DNA of 63,903 nt, the filler included, from Nemertoderma westbladi (lineage: Eukaryota > Animalia > Xenacoelomorpha), in assembly GCA_032718475.1 (NCBI GenBank). It is 4 parts of 4 records of this genome, joined end to end, with 100 filler letters (N's around TTAATTAATTAA, not from the genome) between each part and the next. Parts side by side here need not be neighbours in the genome. Positions count along the whole stretch, not along the records: positions 1 to 16,635 come from JAUCBJ010001611.1; positions 16,736 to 33,139 come from JAUCBJ010003130.1; 2 more parts are not named here. The stretch is one strand, 5' to 3'. The first letter of the stretch is position 1. The number at the start of each line of letters is the position of its first letter. The notes below the pieces were generated by a model. That model had not been told where the DNA came from. It made no database searches and worked only from the letters and a program-made list of their open reading frames with translations. The position numbers were made by a program, and so were the translations under genes. This document shows positions 11,830 through 25,702 of the stretch, in pieces.

Positions 11830-12185
11830 TATAATAACAAACACCTCGAAAAATACAGCTTGCCAACACAATGTTATCGGAAATAATAACACAATATTAT
11901 AAGAATAAATCACATGCATCAGGTGATTTGGTTGTATTCAAAGTGCCATATCTTTAAAATTATAACAGGTATATAAATAAACCGATTCCAGTTTTGAATT
12001 CAGCATAAGATTCTGCATCAGAAAAATGTAAAAAAAATAGAAAAAATTTAGATTTTTGCCATACTTCATTTGCCAAAACCTAATCAACCAAAACTCCCCT
12101 TAATGTCGCAATCAAAGACATACTACATACGTTTTCGAGTTACTGTAGTTGGATACATTATAATTTCGTTCTCTCTTTGGGACTT

Positions 12186-12713
12186 TGTGACGGGATCTAC
12201 GGATCCCGGTTTATCCGTTGGGTTTTCTATCCACGCGTCCCCGCCGTGTGTGAAAGGTAAAAGAGTTCTGATGTTGGGTAATATGTATAAAGGTATAATA
12301 GTCTGATAGTTGATATAGTATAGTATGACACAACAGGTAATATATAATGGCGGTAACGGACGGTGACAGAAGTCCCCGTTCCACCCTACTGATCTGACTG
12401 AGTAAACTGAATGAATGATTACAGGTTACTGGTTATATTGCACGGTGGCCTTATTGCTACTCAATCGATGCCTTTCCCCCCTCTGATTGGTTGATATCCC
12501 TGTTGGCACCCTTTGGAGTGTTTCCCTTCACTCCCTGTGTTCTCTCTCGGTTAGGGGTTTGGCCCCTGACCCTATTGTGTGTGTCTCCTTTGGGGCCTAT
12601 TGTCCCTGTTTACTGGGCTGACACGAGGTTGATTGGTAATCAACCTCGTGCTCCCAATATTGCTTTATGGCTCACTCTATGGGTTTGTGTTAGCGGAATT
12701 GGATAAGCTAACA
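12186..12713 (-). mobile_element. 3' LTR (528 bp) of a minus-strand LTR element
   Basis: Minus strand begins TGTTAG and ends GTCACA; immediately preceded by the polypurine tract GGGGGGGAG (plus-strand ctccccccc, 12714-12722). The partner LTR is not in this contig. Confidence 0.7.
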
Positions 12714-13129
12714 CTCCCCCCCATGCTATCTTCCCGGTGAGAAGATAGCATCCAACTAAAGTGCGCTACAATTCCGCTGGATCCCGATCTAGCATCGGGT
12801 GTGGGGTGGGTATATTTTTTCGGAGTCGGCTTTCCAGGCCGCTCCCTATGGGTATGATGTCACTACCCTCTGGCGTCTCGTGTCGGGCCGATCGTGCGCT
12901 ACTCTCACACAATTTTGTTTCCCCAACACTCTCACCACTCTACTCCAACTCTCGCATACTCCCGGACCTCCTCGTCCCACACTCTTCCTCTCACTTCTCC
13001 TCCCCCACACTTGAATTGCGCCCACGCTCTCTTCCCACTCCGCACCATCACCTCTCCACTCTCTTGTCACTCCCTAAGGCTTTAATCTCTAATGCTACCC
13101 CTGTGCTATCATATTATCTACCTACTGCT

Positions 13130-14660
13130 TACTTACTCTAACTATCTAACTAACTCTGCTAACTACTAACTCTTACCACTTCTAGCTCTAACTGAGAGCC
13201 TCTAACTTTCTACTGACTCTAACTCTCTACTAAGTCTAACTAACTCCTACTAACTTTCTACTTCTACTAACTCTACTTGACTCCTCTGAGTCTACCAACT
13301 CTGCTTAACTAGCTCTACTAACTCTACTCCACTAGCTCTGCTAACTCTACTCCACTAGCTCTGCTAACTCTACTAACTAGCTCTACTAACTCTACTAACT
13401 AGCTCTACTAACTCTACTCCACTCTTCTAACTACGTGGCGCTTGCGGTGCCCACAACCACTCTACTATCTGGCACCCTATGTGCCCTTCTACTACTCAAC
13501 TACCTCTCTAGCTCTACTACCTGGCAGCCTATGTGCCCCCTCTGCTCTACTCTACTACCTGGCACCCTATGTGCCCCCTCTACTACACTACTACCTCTCT
13601 AACTCTACTACCTGGCACCCTATGTGCCCTCTTTACTCTTCTACTACCTGGCACCCAATGTGCCCGTCTCTACTCCTCTACTCCCCCTTTACGTCTCATC
13701 GCCTACATGTGACGCTCTGAGTGCCGGCAGAGTGGGTACGTTAATTATGTGAACTACTACTGACTCTACTAACTCTACTAACTCTCTTCTAACTCTACTA
13801 ACTCTTTTTGTGCCCGGCACCTCTTGTGCCCGGCACCTTCTAACTCTACTAACTCTCTACTAACTCAACTAACTCTACTACTAACTCAACTAACTCTACT
13901 ACTAACTCAACTAACTCTACTACTAACTCTTTTTGTGCCCGGCACCTCTTGTGCCCGGCACCCACCCTAATTAACATACCCTGCTCTTACATCAAACACG
14001 TCATCACGCCCGTGCCCCACTAAGTTCGGCGCATTCCCTACTAACTCTAACTACGTGGCGCTTCCGGTGCCCACAACCCTTCTACTGCTACTACTAACAC
14101 TCCTAACTAGTGGTACTACGTACCCTCTTACTACTCTAGCTCTCTCTACTAGCTAGCGGTACAACGTACCCTCTTACTACTCTAGCTCTCTCTACTAGCT
14201 AGCGGTACTACGTACCCTCTTACTCTTACTAACTCTCTAACGGTACTGCGTACCCTCTAACTCCTACTTTCTAATCGGTACTTACGTACCGTCTAACTCT
14301 AACTTACTAGCGGTACTTACGTACCCTCTAACTCTAACTACTAATGGTACTACACGTACCCTCCTACTAACTCTTCTACTAACGGTACTACACGTACCCT
14401 CCTACTAACTCTTCTACTAACGGTACTACACGTACCCTCCTACTAACTCTTCTACTAACGGTACTACACGTACCCTCCTACTAACTCTTCTACTAACGGT
14501 ACTACACGTACCCTCCTACTAACTCTTCTACTAACGGTACTACACGTACCCTCCTACTAACTCTTCTACTAACGGTACTACACGTACCCTCCTACTAACT
14601 CTTCTACTAACGGTACTACGTACCACCCTTTAACTAACTAACTAACTAACTAACTACCTA
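13130..14660. repeat. Low-complexity (CTACTAACT)-rich tract with a 38-bp tandem array at 14363-14620
   Basis: Unit CCTACTAACTCTTCTACTAACGGTACTACACGTACCCT, about 6.8 copies; flanked by modular degenerate repeats. Confidence 0.9.
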
Positions 14661-14694
14661 ACTTCTACCTACTCTATTATTTAATTATTTTTAA

Positions 14695-15849
14695 TTAAAT
14701 AATTATTTTATATTTTGTGCGTGGGAAGGGCGTCTCGCCCTCATTCCCACCCCCCTCAGTCCAAAGCTTTGGACGACTAAAAACTCTCACGTGCCCCTTC
14801 TTCCGGTAGGCACTCTCCTGCTGCCCTCCTATACGTCCTCTAACTCTTCGCCACACTCTCTTCGGTGCTACCTTTGCTGGCCTCCCCCTTCGTATGTGCG
14901 CTGGCATTAGAGCCCTCGACGACCCCCGCTCGTCCCTCGGTATACGCGGTGTCTGCTCATGTAATGCCCCCTCGCACTGTGTCCGTCCTGCGTGTGTATG
15001 CAACACGCCTCCTTCTACTTTCCCGACTCCCTTATGTTTGCTAATGGGCTTCTCTGCCCCTGGTCTAGTCCTTTCACATCCTCTCCCTTTCCAACACTCT
15101 CCGGATCTGTGTCCTTTTACCACACATCGATGACATAGTCCGTTTGCGTCTGTGTAGGCTACACGATCTCGTTTGGGCAACGCTTGCCAGTACTTGCAAC
15201 TCCTGGTCTTATGGGTTCCGTCCCGATGTAATTGACATTGGAATCCTGGATTATAGCGTTTCCTGTATAGTCCTTCACGTATCGCGCTTAGGTTTATATG
15301 TACCGATTTAATGTTTTGGTTGTCTAGACTCGGCCTACTGGGTATATTGGGATTGTGTTTATTATATATGGTGTTATTTTCTTTCTGTCCCTGCCACGGT
15401 GTGGCCCTGCTCCCAGCTAACTGTGGACTAGCAGTCCCCTGTACGGCCGCGTGTGGTGGTGACTGTCCGCACGACCTGTTCTCGTCCAGGGAGTTCGATG
15501 TTCTTGCTCCTATCGGGGTATATTGTCGATATTGTGATGGGGGAATGTCACCCTGTCCCCCCCCAGCCGGTATGTTTGGTACTGGGGTTGATGTTAATAC
15601 ATTGGGGCCCATACGTCTATCTCCAATAACTCCCCCCTCCCCTGGATATATGTTATGTCCCTGTGTATTATAGTCATGCTGCTGTACCGATATAGGCCTA
15701 CCTACCTCTCGCCTACCTACCGGTATGTACTCCGCGACTTCCGGGTTTAATCCCGTCGTTCGCGCTACCCCATCGCCTACTCTATCTCTCCCAGCATGGC
15801 CTATAATAGTATGTGCAGTAAGGCCTACAGTATGTCCTGCAGTCTGCAT
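14695..15849 (-). CDS. gag: Gag-like protein of the LTR element (nucleocapsid zinc knuckles)
   Basis: CHRCVVKGHRSGEC (CX2CX4HX4C) preceded by CQLHRDGTHKTRSC; frame stays open up to 16077; same orientation as the PPT/LTR; no pol follows. Confidence 0.65.
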   Translation of the reverse strand: MQTAGHTVGLTAHTIIGHAGRDRVGDGVARTTGLNPEVAEYIPVGRREVGRPISVQQHDYNTQGHNIYPGEGGVIGDRRMGPNVLTSTPVPNIPAGGGQGDIPPSQYRQYTPIGARTSNSLDENRSCGQSPPHAAVQGTASPQLAGSRATPWQGQKENNTIYNKHNPNIPSRPSLDNQNIKSVHINLSAIREGLYRKRYNPGFQCQLHRDGTHKTRSCKYWQALPKRDRVAYTDANGLCHRCVVKGHRSGECWKGRGCERTRPGAEKPISKHKGVGKVEGGVLHTHAGRTQCEGALHEQTPRIPRDERGSSRALMPAHIRRGRPAKVAPKRVWRRVRGRIGGQQESAYRKKGHVRVFSRPKLWTEGGGNEGETPFPRTKYKIII

Positions 15850-16635
15850 GTGCCCTTCCGAACCGAAGTTTATTCTTCGCGAATCTCGAATCTCCCCGCG
15901 ACTACTGCACTCTCGATCGGCAGCTATATCCCGTCGGGAAGCTTCTCTCTCGATCCCCTCTCCTGTTCTCGACTCTGTATTGGTACGTCCTGTACCCCTC
16001 TCTTGGCGTGCGGTGCGTTTCTCCGGGGCGACGGCAATCTCCCGAAGTTCGACCCCACTGGCTCCCTGACTCCATCTCTACTATCGACGGTCCGTTATCC
16101 GTCCTCGCACTGCTATCGTTCGTGGCGACACTTCTTCTACTATCTTCTCTTCTTCTCTTTTCTGTGTAGTATTCCGGCTCGTGAGGTCTCTCGTCGACCT
16201 CCCGGTTAAACTCCACTGTTCTTCTTCCCTCTTCTGATCGGGCTCGACGCTTCGTCTGCCCTCTCGCGACGTCAACCTGCCTCTCTCTACTCGATCGCAC
16301 GCCGCTGGGGATACTCGCAATCCCCCTATTACTCTCCGTCGCCGGATGTTGCGGTTTACCTAGCTCGGCCCGCGCATTATCCGCTGACGGCTGTGGGACA
16401 CTCTCTGCCCCCCCTCTCTCTCTACTAATCTCTCGCGGTGGGGTGCCCGTAGCCCCCCCCCACCCGCCACTTCTAACTTCACTATCTCTTACTACACTTC
16501 TACATCCCTCTTGTGGGGCATTCTCTGCCCCCCCTCTCTCGCCACTAATCTTATGTGGTGGGGCGCCGTAGCCCCCCCCCCCCCACTCGCCACTTCTAAC
16601 TTCACTATCTCTTACTACACTCTCTACACCCCTCT

Positions 16636-16735
16636 NNNNNNNNNNNNNNNNNNNNNNNNNNNNNNNNNNNNNNNNNNNNTTAATTAATTAANNNNNNNNN
16701 NNNNNNNNNNNNNNNNNNNNNNNNNNNNNNNNNNN
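16636..16735. other. Artificial contig linker
   Basis: N44-TTAATTAATTAA-N44 (stop codons in all six frames), identical at three sites. Confidence 0.97.
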
Positions 16736-17449
16736 AATTAAGAAATAATAAGATAACAGCTACGGTGCGTACGCCGTACAGTGAGTTGAGAGGTCTACTA
16801 ATTGCATTACTGCATTAATGGTTCACTGTTATACGAACTAAATAACGTCTATACCGGTAATTACTTATCGGACTAAGTCTGTAGGTCATGTGGCTTAACG
16901 TATAGGTACCGGTAGCATCATGAGTTTGGTTTATAATCTGGGTCAGTACGGTCAGACGGTAGGGCTATTGGTTCTGTTCTGTTAGACCTAGTTTTAATTA
17001 TGCTATCATCCATCAGTCAGTCAGTGTGCCCTGTTTGTCCAATTGTATCTATTGGAAGTAAACAGAGCTGCAGAGCTTGGTGCAGTGCGGTGGCCGCTTG
17101 CATGGAAATGGAACCAAAAAATCAAAAGTTAAATCACACACAATCCCACAATCTGAGAATTGGACGGGTAAAGTTCAACGATTGGATTGAAAATTAGGCT
17201 AGCCTACGACTGTAGGCCTATGAAACACACTCGTTGTCGGTGTGTAAAATGTGTCGAGGTCTACTGGCTGACTTGCAGTCAGTCAGCCCCAGTCAGTGTG
17301 ACCTTTGAAGGGCAGTAGCAGTGCAGTACACAGTAAGTAGGCCTTGGCGCTTGGCCTACCCTAACCAACTACCGGTAAACTGATAACCTCATCGCCAATT
17401 TCCTGATGTTGGCCTATAAATTCTGCGATTATATTATTTATTAACTTAC

Positions 17450-17452
17450 CAT
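17450..17452 (-). CDS. ATG-only first coding exon of a probable second alpha-tubulin gene (rest lost at contig end)
   Basis: Minus strand AAAA-ATG|GTAAGT, the same layout as tubulin exon 1 at 27864-27866, with a near-identical upstream promoter. Confidence 0.6.
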
Positions 17453-17577
17453 TTTTACTTGGAATTGTTGGATCTCGTAGGGTAAAAAGAAAAATATTTG
17501 TAAAAGTACAATTAATGAATTCCGTCGTTTACTCAAAGGAAACAAGGGTGAATGAGTAACAACTAGGCAAACATTGC

Positions 17578-17660
17578 CTTTTATACCCGTTGCTAAGGCA
17601 ATAAGAAATTTAAGCTACCTGATTGGTCTCCACCAAACAGAGTTACTAGCAACCAATGAC
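17578..17660 (-). promoter_or_regulatory. TATA box + RFX X-box-like site + CCAAT box
   Basis: TATAAAAG (17578-17585), GTTGCTAAGGCAAT (17589-17602), CCAAT (17622-17626), second X-box-like GTTACTAGCAAC (17642-17653). Confidence 0.7.
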
Positions 17661-18619
17661 AAATAACCTATACGAATATTGTAATTCAATGAAAGGGGTT
17701 ACTCACATTGACAGGACATTTTTGGCGCCAATTCAATCACATGGTAAGCTATATTACAGTATTATAATACACCAGAATAGTTCACCCTAATTCACTTTGT
17801 AAGTAAAGCAACCGTAAAGCCACAGTAGTAGCAATTAAGAATTCAGTGCAATCAGTGGGGTATACATACATACATTTCCGTCATAGTTCATTCGTTGCAT
17901 CACCTTATTTTAAGTATTAGTACATCGCTTTGCCACTTAACTGCGAAATGTTTTAATAAAATCATCAAATAAAAATAATAATAACTTGGTCGAATAATAA
18001 TGGTTGAAACATGTTGATCATGTACAATTGGTTGGGCCTATCCATAATATATGTTAATAGGAATAAATATCTTGTATGACGTCTTTAATCACTTTCAAAG
18101 GTTGGTTGTGGGACTGTGTAGACGGGGGATTTTAGATCCCTCATCGTTAAAAACGAAACTTTAGATCCCGAGGGGGTTTGAGAGATCCCACCAGACAGCT
18201 TTCGTAGGATTAAACGAGTGAGTGACGGCCTAAACCATAACGGCACGGCATAAATTGTAATGTAAATCTAGTGAATGACCCAGACCCAGGGTCACAATCG
18301 AAGAAGTTTAGCATACCGGTGTTAGAACACCTACCCCCGGGGATTTGTGCCCTCACTCGTTTCGGATTCAGTGGTACTTGGTACTGGGAGGCCATGCATG
18401 AGTTCCCCCTTGTGGTATAAAAATCCCCCCCCCCCCCCCGGGCAAAGCCATCTAAAACCAGCATTTTTTCCATGATATTAACCGTTTACTAACCTCCATA
18501 ATCTTGTAAGATGTCTTAATATTAGTTGTTTTTTGTTCCCCACAACATGCCTCTGTACTCCCGTAGCGTTGATACCATGTCAAGGTTCTACAAGTTCAAA
18601 GTTTCCACACTTATTTTAA

Positions 18620-19890
18620 ACTACTACTACTAGGATCGGCATGCTGCATTATAGCTGGATTTGTAAGAATGCTGTGCCGGCTTGTTGACAAAAATTGCAC
18701 AGCCACAACTCCCTATCACCCATGACATTTTCTAGATCATCCGCATCTTCAAGGTCAGTGTACTTTAAGATGCCTCGCAAGAAAGCCATGGGCTGTCCAC
18801 AATGCTTTTTCTACGGAAGCCCATATCGGCCATGTCGCGCGCAAACTTCCATGTCAAGCGCGCATTAACGTTATGCCATTTCAGTGTAGAAACATTTGCG
18901 CGCGCGACAAGAAAGTTTGCGCGCGCGACATGGGGAAGGACATAACGGCCATGTCGCGCACGAACTTCATGTCATTTCCGTTTGGAATTTTGTCTGGGCG
19001 GGAAATTTGAATTTAGATGTCCTGCTGTTTGACTGTAATGCGAACCCCTGAACAGGAATAGGCCTGCTATAGCCGTATGCCGTATAGGCTCTCTGCTACT
19101 CTCACACTGACTGTACAACAATACCTTACACTGCAGCACTGCTAAGCTACTGCTAGTCTATCAGTATGTCAGATACTTAAGCTGCTGAACTGTATTCCTC
19201 CTGCATTACTAACAGCTGAACAACAGTAGGTCACATAAATTCAAATTTGCGCCCAGACATAATTCAAAAAATTACATTAAGTTTGCGCGCGACTTGGCCG
19301 TTATGGGTTTCACCATGTCGCGCGCGCAAACTTCCATGTCGCGCGCGCAAACTACCATGACGCGCGCGCAAACTACCATGACGCGCGCGCAAACTTTCAT
19401 GTCGCGCGCGCAAATGTTTCTACACGGAAATGGCATAAACTTTGCGCGCTTGACATGGAAGTTTGCGCGCGACATGGCTGTTATGGGCTTCCGTATTATT
19501 CACTCTATGAGGCCGCCAAAGCATACGATTATGCACTGGCTGGTCCTCACGGCGAAAGCAATGTCCTGCAAAGCGGAGGCGACTTTTTTCTAGTGTCAAG
19601 CTTGGGGGAGCAAATGAGACACCTCCAATGTTATATAGTGTCTGGTTGGAGATGTGAGCATTGTACTTGACACAGTGAACCCGGCGTAGCATTCTTGTGA
19701 ATGTGCCATCCAGAGATTTGGTGTCCTCGGCAGTTAGAGCCCAGCATGGATTCTGTACCTTAATAGAGGTCATTTCGGCACTTCTGACTTTTGTGGTCAG
19801 TCCAGGGGGCCTTTTTCCTGTTTCGAGGGTATGCAGGAACGGTTTCTGCAGCTGCTAACTTAACTGCTTCTGTGAAGGCAGTATAGCCTC
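18620..19890 (-). mobile_element. Internally deleted copy of the RTE-like LINE, split by a MITE
   Basis: Inverted match to the LINE 3' end including the (TAG)n tail (18620-18810, 19496-19750), then a jump to sequence matching ~6620-6740. Confidence 0.85.
18814..19493. mobile_element. Tc1/mariner-type MITE (TA target duplication) nested in the LINE copy
   Basis: TA|CGGAAGCCCATA...TATGGGCTTCCG|TA; long imperfect TIRs with CATGTCGCGCGCGCAAACT subrepeats. Confidence 0.85.
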
Positions 19891-20049
19891 GCCTAATTTA
19901 AAAAATTAATTTAAGTCGCGTCACAGACTTGTAATTTTCCAGTAACTGCTTCTGTGAAGGCAGTATAGCCTCGCCTAATTTAAAAAATTATTTTAAGTCG
20001 CGTCACAAATTTGTAATTTTCCAGCCAACAAGTAAACATAGGCCAGCGC

Positions 20050-20470
20050 CCTTTAAGATGCCTCTCAAGAAAGTCATGGGCTGTCCTCCATGCTTATTCA
20101 CTCCATGAGGCTGCCAAGCAGATGGTGTACTGGCTGGTCCTCACGGCGAAACGAATGTCCTGCAAAGCGGAGGCGGCTCTGTTCAAGTGTCAAGTTTGGG
20201 GAGACTAATGAAACGCACTCAAGGTTGTATATAGTCTGATTGGAGATGTGTTCATTGTACTTGACACAATGAACCCGGCGCTGCATTCTTATATAAGTGC
20301 CATCCAGAGATTTGGTATCCTCTGCAGTTAGGGCCCTTCAGGGACTCCCATATTAGAGTATTGGAACTACTGCTGTATAAATAATCGAATCTTAAGATTC
20401 CGTTTTATTCTATGTGAATTCCAAATCATTGACAGACTATTCAATGCTGCCCATGCCTTCCCTTACGTAT
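20050..20470 (-). mobile_element. RTE-like LINE 3' fragment
   Basis: Translates to RRVHCVKYNEHISNQ..RLRFAGHSFRREDQPV, matching the 8140-8510 region. Confidence 0.85.
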
Positions 20471-20804
20471 ACTTTAATTGATTAAAAAAATACACTTCAT
20501 ACTTTTAAGTGTTCATATTTATTATTTCAGTCCCAAACGAATTTATGTTTCAACATTATGGCAAATAGAACTATGTACAATTATTATTATTGAATGAACA
20601 AATATGTAAAACCAAACCTGTTATCATAATATGCAGTAACTATAGTTAGTGTGTAGTGTATGTATGTTACGAAATCAGAATGTACAATAATTCAACGGAA
20701 ACAAACGAGTTATCAGGTTGAAATGGAAAATAATTCCAGCTTAGAGTGCTGAGTGATGTAGTTTACAAAGTGTAAACACTCAACCACAAGTGTAAAGGGA
20801 ACAT

Positions 20805-22964
<2,160 letters not shown>

Positions 22965-23319
22965 TAATAGGTGTACCGGTAAATATAGTGGTAGATCATC
23001 AACAAAATCTCATTACTATTACGCCATACATACATTACATGATAGATATGCACTATGGTGCATTGTCGGTGGAGCCATAGAAATCAACCGCCCATGTGAA
23101 GTTTCCCAGGATTCCCATTCCCAGCGAAAAAAAACACATCGGAAAGGAATTTGGACCATTCACAATCATTAGGCAACTTTAGTATTTTCGACCATATTCC
23201 CAAACAGTCTGGGAAAGTTCACATGAGTTTCGCATTCATGTGCTGCGCGAAGTTCCTTTTTTTTGAGGGGGGGGGGGGGATGGTCTGTTGATCAGTCGGT
23301 CAGACGGTGAGTGAGCAGG

Positions 23320-25702
23320 TGGGTAGGGTGCGTGGGTGGATGGGAGGTGGGAGGTGAGTGGATGCTGGATGGGAATGTGGGAATATTGTAATGTGGGAAG
23401 GTGGATGGGAATGTGGGAAGATGGAAATGTGGGAAGGTGGGTGGGAATGTATGAAGATGGGAATGTAGTAAGATGGAATGTGGGAAGATGGGAATGTGGG
23501 AAGATGGGAATGTGGGAAGACGGGAATGTAGGAAGATGGGAATGTGGGTGAGAATGTAGGAAGATGGAATGTGGGAAGGTTGATGGGAATGTGGGAAGAT
23601 GGGAATGTAGGAAGATGGGAATGTGGGAAGATGAGAATGTGGCAAGATGGGATGTGGGGAGGTGGGAATGTAGGAAGATGGGAATGTGTGTGGGAATGTA
23701 GGAATATGGGATGTGGGAAGGTTGGTGGGAATGTAGGAAGATGGGAATGTGGGTGGGAATGTAGGAATATGGAATGTGGGAAGGTGGATGGTAATGAGGG
23801 AAGATGGTAATATAGGAAGATGGGAATGTGGAAAGATGGGAATGTGTGAAGATGAGAATGTGTGAAGATGGTAAGGTGGGTGGGAATGTAGGAAGATGGA
23901 ATGTGGAATGTGGGAAGGTTGGTGGGAATGTAGAAAGATGGGAATGTGGAAAGATGGATGGGAATATGGGAATGGGGAAGGTGGATTGAAATGTGGCAAT
24001 GTAGCTGGGAATGTAGGAAGATGGGATGAATGTGGTGGGGGGGTGGATGGGAATGTGGGAAGATGGATGGGAATGTGGGAAGATGGGATGTGGGATGGTG
24101 GGATGTGGGAAGGTGGGTGGGAATGTATGAAGATGGGAATGTGGGAAGATGGGAATGTAGGAAGATGGAATGTGGGAAGATGGGAATGTGGGAAGATGGG
24201 AATGTGGGTGAGAATGTAGGAAGATGGAATGTGGGAAGGTGGATGGGAATGTGGGAAGGTGGATGGGATTTGTAGGAAGATGGAATGGGGGAAGGTGGAT
24301 GGGAATGTGGGAAGGTGGATGGGAATGTAGGAAGACGGGAATGTGGGTAGGAAGATGGAATGTGGGAAGGTTGGTGGGAATGTAGGAAGATGGGAATGTG
24401 GCAAGATGGGAATGTAGAAAGATGGGAATGTGGGTGGGAATGTAGGAAGATGGAATGTGGGAAGGTTGGTGGGAATGTAGGAAGATGGGAATGTGGGAAG
24501 ATGGGAATGTGGGAAGATGGGAATGTGGGTGGGAATGTAGAAAGATGGAATGTGGCAATGTGGGGAGGTGGATGGGAATGTGGGGAGGTGGATGGGAATG
24601 TGGGAAGATGGGAATGTGGGTCGGAATGTGGGAAGATGGAATGTGGGAAGATGGAATGTGGGTGGGAATGTAGGAAGATGGAATGTGGGAAGGTGGATGG
24701 GAATGAGGGAAGATGGGAAGGTGGATGGGAATGAGGGAGGATGGGAATGTGGGTGGGAGTGTGGGAAGGTTGGTGGGAATGTAGGAAGATGGGAATGTAG
24801 GAAGATGGAATGTGGGAAGATGGGATGAATGTGGGAGGGTGGGATGGGAATGTGGGAAGATGGATGGGCATGGGGAAGGTGGGTGGGAATGTGGGCGGGA
24901 ATGTGGGAAGATGAGAATGTGGGAAGATGGTAAGGTGGGTGGGAATGTAGGAAGATGGGAATGTAGGAAGGTTGGTGGGAATGTACGAAGATGAGAATGT
25001 AGGAAGATGAGAATGTGGGAAGATGGGAATGTAGGAAGATGGGAATGTGGGTGGGAATGTAGGAAGATGGAATGTGGGAAGGTTGGTGGGAATGTAGGTG
25101 GGAAGATGGATGGGAATGTGGGAAGATGCATGGGAATGTGGGAAGATGGATGGGAATGTGGGAAGATGGATGGGAATGTGGGAAGATGGGAATTTGCGAA
25201 GATTGTAATGTGGGGAGGTGGATGGGAATGTTGGAAGATGTCTAGATAGGCATGAGGGAAGATTGGAATGTGGGGAGGTGGGTGGGAATATGTGAATGTC
25301 TGTGGGAAGGTGGATGGGAATGTGGGAAGATGTGAATGTGGGAAGGTGGGTGGGAATGTGGGATGGTGGATGTGGGAAGATGTGAATGTGGGTGGAAATG
25401 TGGGAAGAAGGGGTGGGAAGATGGGAATGTGGGAAGATATCTAGATAGGCATGTGGGAGATGGGAATGTGGGTGGCAATATGGGGAGGTGGATGGGAATG
25501 TGGGTGGCAATATGGGGAGGTGGATGGGAATGTGGCAAGATGGATGGGAATGTGGGATGATGGGAATGTGGGATGGTGGATGTGGGAAGATGGAAATGTG
25601 GATGGGAATGTGGGAAGATGGATGGAAATGTGGGAAGGTGGGTGGAAATGTGGGAAGGTGGGTGGAATGTGGGAAGGTGGGTGGTGGGAATGTGGGAAGG
25701 TG
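23320..25702. repeat. Purine-rich degenerate satellite (GGAAGATGGGAATGTG)n in tubulin intron 2
   Basis: About 2.4 kb of GGGAATGT/GGAAGAT/GGT modules with almost no C on the plus strand. Confidence 0.95.

Noticed and set aside
16680-16691. TTAATTAATTAA palindrome as a biological site
   Set aside because: Centred in N runs identically three times; synthetic linker.
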